Assembly (NCBI GenBank): GCA_026003215.1
Contig: BPGV01000001.1
Coordinates: 1,178,466-1,242,465, forward strand
DNA: 64,000 nucleotides
Source of the DNA: Bacteroidia bacterium
GTDB lineage: Bacteria > Bacteroidota > Bacteroidia > SpSt-205
Direction: 5' to 3'
Position numbers and translations under genes: made by a program. Position 1 is the first letter of the stretch; every line of letters begins with the position of its first letter. The notes under the pieces were generated by a model, which saw only the letters and a program-made list of their open reading frames with translations, had not been told where the DNA came from and ran no database searches. Positions 26,701-36,095 of the stretch are shown one piece after another.

Positions 26701-29700
26701 TTATTGGGTTTGTTGTAAGGTTTCTTTAGAAGAAATTACGGATTCAAAAGGCGTCTTTATAGGCAATCGCACATAAAAAGTCGTTTTTCCTGGCTCACTT
26801 TCAAAATAAATGCGGCCACCATGCTTTTCTACGATCCGGCGGGATATATCTAAGCCCAATCCGGTCCCTTCACCGGCCGGCTTAGTGGTAAAGAAAGCTT
26901 CAAAGATTTTATCTTGGATTTCTTTCGGGATACCGGGGCCAGAGTCCGTGAAGCTGGCAATAATATCATCTCCTTCGCGCCACACACGTATATGCAAAGA
27001 ACCCTTTCCTTGCATCGCTTGGATAGCGTTGGAAATAATATTTGTCCATACCTGGGAGAGTTGGTCCGGCACCCCTAAGATTTGGGGTAGGTCCGATTCA
27101 TATTCCTTAGTCACTTCAATCCCATATTTGAGCTGGTTGTGATAAATAATAAGCACCGTATCTATGGTGTCAGGGACACTTAGGTATTCGGGCTTTTCTT
27201 CTGTACCCTTGCGAGCGTATGATTTGAGGGCATACACAATCTTTTGGGTTTTATTGACAGCCAGCTCAATATTATCCGCATTAAGGCGAAGCTTACCGAT
27301 ATTCCCAGCCATCTCTATGATAAAATCGGCCTTAGGATGCTTGAGAAGCGGAAGAAACGGCTCCAGCCCTTCAAATAGCCCGATTTTGACCAGCGATTGC
27401 GCTATGGTAGAAGCATTTGGCACACCTTGCTGCTCTAACCATTCGGTGACCTGGCGTCGATATTGCCGCTCCTCCCGAGAAGTAAGAGAACCTGTAAAAC
27501 CAAGCGTGCGTTCCGTCATCTGGTGAAAAAGGGGAGCCAAATCCCCAAGCACTCGTATAAGCTCGGGATATTGTTGCAGCGTATGCGGGAGGCTCTTCGA
27601 TATATTAGTAGCTGCTGCACTAATAGCACCGATAGGTGTATTTATTTCATGGGCGACACCGGCGATAAGCTGACCTAAAGCCGCCATTTTCTCGGATTGA
27701 ATGAGCTGTTGTTGCGTATTTTTTAGGTCTTCGTACGCTTGTTCTAAGTCTTTTTTAGCAGCTTCCAGTTGTTTATAGCTTTGTTGGAGCTCGGCGGTAC
27801 GGGCGCGCACTACGGCTTCCAGCTCTCGGTTACGCGCTTCTAAGCGAGCAGCATTCAGCCGAATAAGCGCAAAGACCAAAAACACAGCCAATACCCCATA
27901 CGAAATATAGGCCCATACCGTACGCCACCAGGGGGGCAGTACAGTGAACGCATACTTAGCTGAGCTGGCCTCTAACCCCAAAGGCGAGAGGGCCTGCACT
28001 TCCAAAGTGTATTTACCCTCCGACAGATCCGAAAAGGGAATAGCTGCCCCTGCTTCCAAATAACTCCATTCCTTTTCCTTCCCCCCTTCAATCAATCTAT
28101 ACCGAAAGGTAGTGGCATTGAGTCCGCCGTACGGGTCCACCCACCCAATAAGCAACCGTCCCGAAGCCAACGTATAGGGCACCTCCGGTATGAAGGGTTG
28201 AGCCACTGCAAGGGCCGCCTCCTCTGGCGAAAAAGCCCGCCCGCCCCATAAAAGAGAGTCTTCCCCTAAGATAGCAGCCCTCACCAAAGTCGGCGGTACC
28301 ACTGGAGCATCCAGCGTAAGGGAACCCACAATGAGTTCGTCTTTATAGGCTGCCCATACGGCTTTACCTTCGGTATATAGCACATCGGGGCGCCGGCCTA
28401 TGGCATTTAGGGTAAGCGGCCTCCCCCCTAAGAGGGGCGATAAAGCGTAGCCCTCCTCAGCCTGAGCCAGCACCCGCACCCCCACCCGTAGCCGAACCAA
28501 CGACACGGACCCCGCGCGACTTATCTGGTCTATCCGTTCCCCCCCTAAAAGGCTATTTAGCGTAGGAAAAGGCTCAAACTTGCCGGTCCCTTCACGGTAT
28601 ACCAACAAGGACTGCCCGCCTTGCGCAAAAATACGCCCATCCACTTCGCCCACATAATAGTTGGCCTTTTCTAAGCCGAGCGCCTCGGGATCAGCCAGCA
28701 CCTCCCCCGTAGCCCTATTTAGGCGAAATACCCCCGTAGAGGTACCTATCCAAAGGTTATCGCCTTCCTCTACTAAGCTTTGCACGTCTTTTTCATAGAG
28801 GGTAGCGACTTCTTTCCAGCGCCCACTTTCATATTGCAACTGTACTAACCCCCTGCGGCCAAAAGCATACGCCTGCGTAGGGCTCTGGGCCGAAGCACGT
28901 ATCCCTACAAAAGGTTTATTGGTGATTAGAGGCACCGCCACACCGCCCCGTACTTCATATAACCCTTGCGAACTGGCCACCAGCAGGTGATCCTTAAGCA
29001 CCGCTAATCGCCAACATTCTCCTTGGAGCCCTTGAACCCGCTGCGCACGCTTCTCCCCGGGAGTAAGACGGAAGATTCCCTGCACAGTCGTGACATAAAT
29101 CTCCTTATCTCGGGGCAAAATATCGGTAATTTTTCCTTCTATCCCTTTGGCCGCAGTATAACTCCGCAAAGGAAGGGCTAAAAGCACCTGCGTAAGGCCC
29201 CGACCATGCGACACCCACGCGTTGCCATAGACATCCCGAAAGACCGCATAAATATCGTCGTCGGGGAAACCCTCTGCCCTACTCCACCGATCTACTTGGC
29301 GTCCTTTTGCATCAATCACGACACACCCCCCATTAAGTGTGCCTATCAAAAGATTTTCTCCCAAAGAAAGAATTCGGTATATCCGGTTATCTCGCAGATA
29401 GTTTTCCGCGGCGGTTTTGAAAGGAAGGAAGCTGGAACCTTTCCCCTCATAAAGGGTTCCGTCAAAAGTAGCAACGATTACCACAGAACCCAGTTCGGCG
29501 ATACCACTGACATCTTTCTCATCAAAAAGCTGGCCGCCCGGTAGGGGTATAAACCCACTACGGGTCACCTTGTGCAGCCCGCCTTTGCCGCGGAGATTAG
29601 CCCATACTTCGCCTCGAGCAATCCCCGACCCCGTGAGAAAAGCGCCTTCTCCCACCAAAAAAGCCCGCGGCGCTACCGCAAGCACACTGCCATCTACCAA

Positions 29701-30126
29701 AACAACCCCCCGCGTGCCTATAAAATACACTTGGTTTTGGCTGTCCGTGTATATCGCTTCTATATCGCCAAAAGCTTGTAGGTCCTTGGGCAGAAAACCC
29801 TTGTAGGAAACATAGCGAAGGCGTCCCACTGAGTCCGGCCGTAGCTCTCCAAAATCGCCGATCCCTCCCACCCATATCCGATGGTTAGGCGATACCGCCA
29901 AGGCCCGGACCAGCGACGAAGTAGGATAGAGCTGCCACCTCTGTCCATCATACTCCGACACGCCCTGATTGGTACCGATATACAATAAGCCTGTTTCCGC
30001 GTCCTGAGCGATAGCCCGGACCTGCGTATAGGCACCGTAGTCGTCCTCCGAATACGTCCGCCACAGCGGTAGCCCCTGCGCCCAGAGGACAACCACGCTC
30101 CCTATAATCCAACCAAAGTGTCGCAT
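26701..30126 (-). CDS. hybrid sensor histidine kinase with periplasmic beta-propeller / Y_Y_Y region
   Basis: Signal peptide, a long propeller-like ectodomain and a TM segment. The kinase core follows: HisKA (HEINTPI), HATPase_c (GTGLGLDISRRIV) and a coiled coil. Confidence 0.8.
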   Translation of the reverse strand: MRHFGWIIGSVVVLWAQGLPLWRTYSEDDYGAYTQVRAIAQDAETGLLYIGTNQGVSEYDGQRWQLYPTSSLVRALAVSPNHRIWVGGIGDFGELRPDSVGRLRYVSYKGFLPKDLQAFGDIEAIYTDSQNQVYFIGTRGVVLVDGSVLAVAPRAFLVGEGAFLTGSGIARGEVWANLRGKGGLHKVTRSGFIPLPGGQLFDEKDVSGIAELGSVVIVATFDGTLYEGKGSSFLPFKTAAENYLRDNRIYRILSLGENLLIGTLNGGCVVIDAKGRQVDRWSRAEGFPDDDIYAVFRDVYGNAWVSHGRGLTQVLLALPLRSYTAAKGIEGKITDILPRDKEIYVTTVQGIFRLTPGEKRAQRVQGLQGECWRLAVLKDHLLVASSQGLYEVRGGVAVPLITNKPFVGIRASAQSPTQAYAFGRRGLVQLQYESGRWKEVATLYEKDVQSLVEEGDNLWIGTSTGVFRLNRATGEVLADPEALGLEKANYYVGEVDGRIFAQGGQSLLVYREGTGKFEPFPTLNSLLGGERIDQISRAGSVSLVRLRVGVRVLAQAEEGYALSPLLGGRPLTLNAIGRRPDVLYTEGKAVWAAYKDELIVGSLTLDAPVVPPTLVRAAILGEDSLLWGGRAFSPEEAALAVAQPFIPEVPYTLASGRLLIGWVDPYGGLNATTFRYRLIEGGKEKEWSYLEAGAAIPFSDLSEGKYTLEVQALSPLGLEASSAKYAFTVLPPWWRTVWAYISYGVLAVFLVFALIRLNAARLEARNRELEAVVRARTAELQQSYKQLEAAKKDLEQAYEDLKNTQQQLIQSEKMAALGQLIAGVAHEINTPIGAISAAATNISKSLPHTLQQYPELIRVLGDLAPLFHQMTERTLGFTGSLTSREERQYRRQVTEWLEQQGVPNASTIAQSLVKIGLFEGLEPFLPLLKHPKADFIIEMAGNIGKLRLNADNIELAVNKTQKIVYALKSYARKGTEEKPEYLSVPDTIDTVLIIYHNQLKYGIEVTKEYESDLPQILGVPDQLSQVWTNIISNAIQAMQGKGSLHIRVWREGDDIIASFTDSGPGIPKEIQDKIFEAFFTTKPAGEGTGLGLDISRRIVEKHGGRIYFESEPGKTTFYVRLPIKTPFESVISSKETLQQTQ

Positions 30127-30159
30127 CAAGCCGCAATATTACGAACTTTGCCGATATTT

Positions 30160-31839
30160 ATGCTACAGCGACTCGGGATTGAACGGCTGGCTTTCATAGA
30201 GACGGCTGAGCTGCTGTGGGACCCAGGGCTAAATATCCTCACCGGGGAAACCGGCGCGGGTAAATCCCTCCTAATAGAGTCGCTGGGCACTTTATTGGGG
30301 TATCGGGGAGACCTCCCGCCCCTCACCGAAAAAGCCATCATTGAGGCCGAGTTTGCGCCGGTCCCCCCCCAAGTACAGGACCTTTTAGAAGAGCCAGCCG
30401 AGACCCTCCTTGTGCGCTGTGAGCTCCATCCCACCGGCCGCCGCCGCCTTTTCCTCAACGATAGCCCTGTCTCTGCCCAGCTCCTCCGCCAGATGGCCTA
30501 CTATCTCGTGGAAATCCACAGCCAACACGATACCCAGCAGCTCTTCCAACCACCCTTCCAAAGAGAACTCTTAGACAGCTACGCCGAGCTCTCCGAAGAG
30601 CTTACCCATTATCAAACCCTCTATCGCCGCTGGAAAGCCCTCAGCGAAGAAGTGGCCCAGCTGAAAAAAGCCCAAGCCGAAATAGCGAGCCGCCTGGCTT
30701 GGCTGCGTACCCAACTGGAAGAGCTGGAAAGTGCCCAGCTCTCTACCGAAGAGTATGCCCACATAGAGACGCAGATTCAGCGCTTAGAGCACCAAGAGCA
30801 GGCGCTCCAAACCCTCTCCCAGTGGTTCCATCAGCTAAGCGAGGCCCCACAGGCGCCCCCAGCCCTCCTAAGAGAAGCGGAAAAAGCCTTAGGCCGCCTG
30901 CCCCTGCCCGAGATCCCCCCTATCCTCTCCCTCCTGGAAGAGGCCCGTAGCCTGCTCCAAGAAGCTACCGCCCAAATAGAGACGCTGCTCAGTAGCTTTT
31001 CCATAGACCCTACCGAAGCCCAGCGCTTGCGACAGCGCTACGACACCTACAATACCCTCCTCCTCAAATACCGAGCCCCCACCGTGGAAGCCCTCATCAC
31101 CTTGCGCGACGAATACCGCAAAGAATATAACTCCCTTTCCGCCCAAGAAGCCTACATAGAACCCGCCCATCAAGAGCTCCAAACCCTCACCCAAGCCCTC
31201 TTAGAAAAAGCATACGCCTTGGAGCTGGCTCGCTTAGCCGCAGCCCATACGCTCGCCGACCAAGTCCAAGCCTACCTCCACGAACTGGGTCTGGGTCAGG
31301 CCCACTTTCATATCGCCGTGGAACGGCTCAAGGACCCCAATAGCCCCTATCGTTGGCAAGAAGAAGGCGTACAGCTCACGCCGTACGGGTTTTCTTCGGT
31401 GACTTTTCTCCTGCGTACGCATCCCCAACTGCCCTTAGCTCCGCTGGCCCAAGTCGCTTCGGGCGGCGAACTCTCCCGCATCATGCTGGCGCTGAAAGCC
31501 GCCTTAGCCGAAAAAGTAGCCCTCCCTACCCTCGTGCTGGATGAAATAGATACCGGCCTCAGTGGAGAAAGCGCCCGCCGCATGGGCACCTTCCTATCCA
31601 AGCTCAGTAAGCGTTTCCAGATCCTCCTCATCACGCATCTCCCCGCTATCGCAGCGCAACCCGGCAGCCACTTCTTCATCTGGAAGGCCCCTGACGAAAC
31701 CGGCAGCTGGAAAACCCACATCCGCAAGCTTACCCCCGAAGAGCGCATCCCAGAGATTGCCCGCATGCTGGGTGGCGAAGCCGCCGGCGAAGCGGCCCTC
31801 GCCGCCGCCCGAGAACTGCTACACCTACCCCGCAGGTAG
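30160..31839 (+). CDS. recN: DNA repair protein RecN
   Basis: N-terminus MLQRLGIERLAFI...LTGETGAGKS (Walker A), a long coiled-coil middle, and the C-terminal ABC signature region GGELSRIMLALK...LVLDEIDTGL. Confidence 0.85.
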   Translation: MLQRLGIERLAFIETAELLWDPGLNILTGETGAGKSLLIESLGTLLGYRGDLPPLTEKAIIEAEFAPVPPQVQDLLEEPAETLLVRCELHPTGRRRLFLNDSPVSAQLLRQMAYYLVEIHSQHDTQQLFQPPFQRELLDSYAELSEELTHYQTLYRRWKALSEEVAQLKKAQAEIASRLAWLRTQLEELESAQLSTEEYAHIETQIQRLEHQEQALQTLSQWFHQLSEAPQAPPALLREAEKALGRLPLPEIPPILSLLEEARSLLQEATAQIETLLSSFSIDPTEAQRLRQRYDTYNTLLLKYRAPTVEALITLRDEYRKEYNSLSAQEAYIEPAHQELQTLTQALLEKAYALELARLAAAHTLADQVQAYLHELGLGQAHFHIAVERLKDPNSPYRWQEEGVQLTPYGFSSVTFLLRTHPQLPLAPLAQVASGGELSRIMLALKAALAEKVALPTLVLDEIDTGLSGESARRMGTFLSKLSKRFQILLITHLPAIAAQPGSHFFIWKAPDETGSWKTHIRKLTPEERIPEIARMLGGEAAGEAALAAARELLHLPRR

Positions 31840-31851
31840 CCTTAAGCCCCC

Positions 31852-33606
31852 CTACATCCGCTCCGGTACAGGCAGGGTTAAGGCTTCCATCACCGCCTGT
31901 ATAGCCGCTGCATACACCGCCGAAAGCCCCAACCGAAAACTCCGTATAGGCGCTTCACTCCCCAGCACAGATAGGGTCTGATAAAACTCATTATACCGCC
32001 GAGTGAGCTCATATCCGTAATGCGCCAAAAGCGCAGGATTGAAGCTTCGCGCAGCGACCTCCATGAAATGCGGAAGGGCATACAGATACTGTAAAACGCT
32101 CTCTTCTAAAGATTCCAGTTGCACTGGCAGCTCCCCTTGGAGTGGCGCATACCCTTTTTCTGCGGCTTTCTCTAAGAGCCTTTTTGCCCGGACGTATCCA
32201 TATTGCAAAAAAGGCCCCGTAAAACCCTTCATATCTATGGACTCAGCGGGATCAAAGACAATATTTTTGGTAGGCTCTACCCGTAGCAGATAATATCGCA
32301 AGGCAGCTTGCCCCACGGCTTCGGCGATTGCTTGTTTTTCCTCCTCGGGCAAAGGCTCTGTGATAAGCTCGTAGGCCCGTGCGTGCATTTCCCCTAAAAG
32401 ATCGTCGGCATCTACGACGGTACCTTCGCGGGTTTTCATACGTCCGGTGGGCAGCTCTACCATACCATAAGAGAGGTGGTAGATTTTATCCGCGTAAGGC
32501 TTCCCCAGCCGCCGCAGGAGGGCGATTAGCACCCGCATGTGGTGGTCTTGCTCATTTCCAATCACATACACCGATTGCGTAAGGTCGGGATGATCTTGAA
32601 ACTTAAGCTCCGCAGTGCCTAAATCTTGGGTCACATAAACAGAGGTACCGTCGCGCCGCAGGAGGATTTTCTTGCCGAGACCCTCATCAGTGAGGTCGGC
32701 CCATACGGCACCATCCGCTGAGCGGTAAAAAATACCCCGCGCCAACCCTTCTTCTACGATTTTTTTGCCCAGCCCATAGGTCTCCGACTCGTAATACACC
32801 TTATCAAACCGAATGCCTAACCGAGCGAAGGTTTGGTCAAAGCCGGCATAGACCCAGCTATTCATCTCACGCCAGAGGGCCAGGACTTCCGGGTCGCCGG
32901 CTTCCCAGGCTTGGAGGAGGGCCTGCGCCTCTTGAAAGAGCGGCGCTTGTACCATAGCTTCCTCCTCCGAAAGCCCCTGGGCTTTGAGCGCCTCTACCTC
33001 TTCTTTATAAGCTTTTTCAAAGGCCACATAACAATCTCCCACAAAATGGTCTCCTTTTTTGCCCGTAGTGGCCGGCGTAGCAGGCGCAAAGAACTTTTTC
33101 CAGCCTAACATAGACTTGCTGATATGAATACCTCGGTCATTCACGAGGTTAGCTCGTACGACGGTGGCGCCTATCCTTTCCCATAGGCGGCTCACGCATT
33201 CCCCCAGGCAGATATTACGCAGATGCCCTAAATGCAGCGGCTTATTGGTGTTGGGAGAAGGAAACTCTATCATGAGCTTGTCGGCCTTAGCGAGGGAGAG
33301 ACGGGTATACCCCTCCTGAGGCTGCAGGAGAGCTTCTCGCAAGAACTCCCCCCAAAAAGCCGGCGCAAAACGAATGTTTACAAAGCCTTTGACGACTTCA
33401 GCTTGGAGAATATGCGGGAGCGGCTGGAGTACCGCCTGGGTGGCGGCCTGTACATCCCCTCGGTAAGCCCGAAGGAGGGGAAAAATGTTCAAGGTGAGGG
33501 TTCCTTTTTGGTCAGGGGGCGTAAGCTCCACTCGGGGGAGGGCAGGCAGGTTCTTTACCTGCCAGGCTTCTTTCCAAGCGGCGAGCTGGGCGTGCCAGAA
33601 AGGCAT
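31852..33606 (-). CDS. argS: arginine--tRNA ligase
   Basis: HIGH-region motifs (SPNTNKPLHLGHLRN) and a DALR anticodon-binding C-terminus. I moved the start to the internal ATG at 33606 to remove a 78-aa unsupported extension. Confidence 0.88.
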   Translation of the reverse strand: MPFWHAQLAAWKEAWQVKNLPALPRVELTPPDQKGTLTLNIFPLLRAYRGDVQAATQAVLQPLPHILQAEVVKGFVNIRFAPAFWGEFLREALLQPQEGYTRLSLAKADKLMIEFPSPNTNKPLHLGHLRNICLGECVSRLWERIGATVVRANLVNDRGIHISKSMLGWKKFFAPATPATTGKKGDHFVGDCYVAFEKAYKEEVEALKAQGLSEEEAMVQAPLFQEAQALLQAWEAGDPEVLALWREMNSWVYAGFDQTFARLGIRFDKVYYESETYGLGKKIVEEGLARGIFYRSADGAVWADLTDEGLGKKILLRRDGTSVYVTQDLGTAELKFQDHPDLTQSVYVIGNEQDHHMRVLIALLRRLGKPYADKIYHLSYGMVELPTGRMKTREGTVVDADDLLGEMHARAYELITEPLPEEEKQAIAEAVGQAALRYYLLRVEPTKNIVFDPAESIDMKGFTGPFLQYGYVRAKRLLEKAAEKGYAPLQGELPVQLESLEESVLQYLYALPHFMEVAARSFNPALLAHYGYELTRRYNEFYQTLSVLGSEAPIRSFRLGLSAVYAAAIQAVMEALTLPVPERM

Positions 33607-33641
33607 GGCGGCAAAGTTATTGGGTAGTGTACCTTTGGGTG

Positions 33642-34769
33642 ATGCTGTGGTCCTACGAGCTGCCGGAGGAACGGATAGCCCAAGAACCCATAGAGCCCCG
33701 CCATACAGCCCGCCTGTTGCTCTATAAAAGGGGGGAGATACAAGAAACGATTTTCTTGCGTCTGGCAGCGTTTTTGCCTGAAAATACCCTCCTTTTATAC
33801 AACGACTCGCGGGTGGTACCCGCGCGCCTGCGTCAGGCAAAGAAGGAGTTTCTGCTTACAGAGCTAACGGAAGGCGGATGGGCTAAGGGGAGTCCGCAGC
33901 GCTGGAAAGGGCTTTTTCGGCCGGCGCGCTTCTGGCGGAAGGGCGGCCAGCTCACCTGGGAAACGCCTACTTTGACCCTCACCCTTGCCTGGGAAGGGCC
34001 CGCTAACGACCGAGAGGGCTACTTCCGGGCCGAATGGGTACCAGCCCAGCTACCAGCCCTTACGGTGTTAGAGCTTGTGGGAGAGCCGCCTCTGCCGCCG
34101 TACATCCGGCGCTCACCTACCGATGTAGATCGGCAGCGCTATCAGACCTTCTATGCACGCACGCCGGGGTCTGTGGCAGCCCCTACAGCCGGCCTCCACT
34201 TCACCCCCGAAGTATGGGAAAGGCTTCATGAGCGGGGCATCCGTACAGTTCCTCTCACCCTCCATGTGGGCTTGGGTACTTTTCTACCCCTCCAAAACCC
34301 GGAAGCCCCCGAGACCCACCCCATGCATGCCGAGTACTTTTTCGTCCCCGAGGCGACGATACAAGCCCTCCGCACGCAGGAAGGGCCTATTGTATGCGTA
34401 GGCACCACCAGTCTGCGTACCGTGGAGAGCTTGTATTGGTTAGGCACCTTGGCGCTCCAAGGCAAGCCCAACGCATATCTACCGGCGCTCCTCTGGCAGG
34501 GGGCTGAAGCCCTCCCCCCGCCTAAGGAAGCCTTGACGGCGCTACCCGCTCCCCTGCAAGGGCAAACCCAGCTTTACATCCTGCCAGGGTATCCCTTCCA
34601 GCTTGTGGATGGCCTTATTACCAACTTCCATCAGCCGCAAAGCACCCTCTTAGGCCTGGTGGAAGCCTTCATCGGCCGGGAGGGCATCCAACAGGTATAT
34701 AGCTACGCCTTAGAAAAAGGCTTTCGCTTCCTAAGCTACGGCGATACCTCCCTTTTGTGGCGCACATGA
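33642..34769 (+). CDS. queA: S-adenosylmethionine:tRNA ribosyltransferase-isomerase (canonical copy)
   Basis: YELPEERIAQ, LYNDSRVVPARL, AAPTAGLHFT, GTTSLRTVES, FHQPQSTLL and SYGDTSLL all match conserved QueA blocks. Confidence 0.85.
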   Translation: MLWSYELPEERIAQEPIEPRHTARLLLYKRGEIQETIFLRLAAFLPENTLLLYNDSRVVPARLRQAKKEFLLTELTEGGWAKGSPQRWKGLFRPARFWRKGGQLTWETPTLTLTLAWEGPANDREGYFRAEWVPAQLPALTVLELVGEPPLPPYIRRSPTDVDRQRYQTFYARTPGSVAAPTAGLHFTPEVWERLHERGIRTVPLTLHVGLGTFLPLQNPEAPETHPMHAEYFFVPEATIQALRTQEGPIVCVGTTSLRTVESLYWLGTLALQGKPNAYLPALLWQGAEALPPPKEALTALPAPLQGQTQLYILPGYPFQLVDGLITNFHQPQSTLLGLVEAFIGREGIQQVYSYALEKGFRFLSYGDTSLLWRT

Positions 34770-36094
34770 ACTGGCTTATTCACGAAGCCCGCATCCTCAC
34801 GGCTGAGGGGGAAATCATAGGGGATGCGTGGATAAAGGAAGGACGCTGGGCGGCTATCGGGCGCATACCCGCACATGCCAAAGGCTTTTCCTTCCCCGCC
34901 AAGGGGGCCTATCTCCTGCCTGGCCTGATAGATACGCATGTGCATTTTCGGGAACCGGGGCTAACCCCTAAGGGCGACTTCTACACCGAGAGCCGAGCCG
35001 CTGTCGCTGGCGGCGTCACCACCGTCTTTGACATGCCTAACACCCTGCCCCCCACAACCACGCTGGAAGCTTGGGCGCGCAAACGAGCCCTTGTCCGGGG
35101 TAAAAGCTGGACAAACTTCGCTTTGTACTTCGGGGCGACGGCAGACAACCTCCCCGCTATCCGACAGCTAAGCCCCAAGGAAGTGCCCGGCGTGAAAATC
35201 TTTCTGGCTTCCTCCACAGGGGAGCTGCTCCTCAATGAGGAACCGTGTGTGCGAGCCCTTATGCGCCATAGCCCCGTTCGGTTGCTTTTTCACAGTGAAA
35301 AAGAAGAACGCATCCAGGCCGCCCTCAAGCAGTGGGAGCAGGCTACCTGGGCCGAAGTGCCTGACCTACACACCCGCGCCCGCCCCCCCGAAGCGTGCGT
35401 AGAAAGCACTCGTTGGCTCCTGGAAGAGGCCCAGCAAGCAGAAGTACCCCTACATGTTCTACACATTACCACCGCCGAAGAAGTAGCCCTTTTACGGCAT
35501 CGTCCCGCACATCTCTCCGCCGAAACTTGCCCGGTGTATCTCCAATGGAGCGCTGAGGACTTCCCCCGCTACCAAAACCTCCTCAAATGTAACCCCTCTT
35601 TGAAGTACGCCGCTGATAAAGACGCTCTATGGCAAGGCCTTGTGGAGGGCACCTTAGCGGTGGTAGGTACCGACCATGCCCCCCATCTCCTCCCCGAAAA
35701 AACTCTTCCTTATCCGCAAGCGCCCAGCGGTGTGCCCAGTCATGGGTATGTACTCCCTTGGCTCTGGACTCTCGGACAGGCCTTTCAGTTACCCCTGGCC
35801 TTTTGGATAGAAAAGATGGTCTATGCCCCAGCACGCCTGTGGCAAATCCAAGGACGCGGCCCTATCCAAGAAGGCTTTTGGGCCGACGCCGTGCTCTTTG
35901 ACCCAGACGGCACTACTACCGTTCCCCCCATGGAAGCGCCGACTTACCCCACCAAGTGCCGATGGTCGCCTTTGGCAGGCAGCTCCCTGCGCGGGCGCGT
36001 AATAGCCGTATGGGTAAATGGAACCCTCTCCTACGCGAACAGTCTTTTTATTGGGCGACCTGCTGGACAAGAAGTGCGTTTCGCCTTTCCGTAA
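34766..36094 (+). CDS. pyrC: dihydroorotase (cyclic amidohydrolase family)
   Basis: PGLIDTHVHFREPG...GGVTTVFDMPNT. Its ATG overlaps the queA TGA (ATGA). Confidence 0.8.
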   Translation: MNWLIHEARILTAEGEIIGDAWIKEGRWAAIGRIPAHAKGFSFPAKGAYLLPGLIDTHVHFREPGLTPKGDFYTESRAAVAGGVTTVFDMPNTLPPTTTLEAWARKRALVRGKSWTNFALYFGATADNLPAIRQLSPKEVPGVKIFLASSTGELLLNEEPCVRALMRHSPVRLLFHSEKEERIQAALKQWEQATWAEVPDLHTRARPPEACVESTRWLLEEAQQAEVPLHVLHITTAEEVALLRHRPAHLSAETCPVYLQWSAEDFPRYQNLLKCNPSLKYAADKDALWQGLVEGTLAVVGTDHAPHLLPEKTLPYPQAPSGVPSHGYVLPWLWTLGQAFQLPLAFWIEKMVYAPARLWQIQGRGPIQEGFWADAVLFDPDGTTTVPPMEAPTYPTKCRWSPLAGSSLRGRVIAVWVNGTLSYANSLFIGRPAGQEVRFAFP

Positions 36095-36095
36095 A

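Noticed and set aside
30118-30162. Upstream GTG start of recN overlapping the histidine-kinase start
   Set aside because: It would create a divergent 12-nt overlap. The RecN N-terminal homology begins at MLQRLGIERL (ATG 30160).
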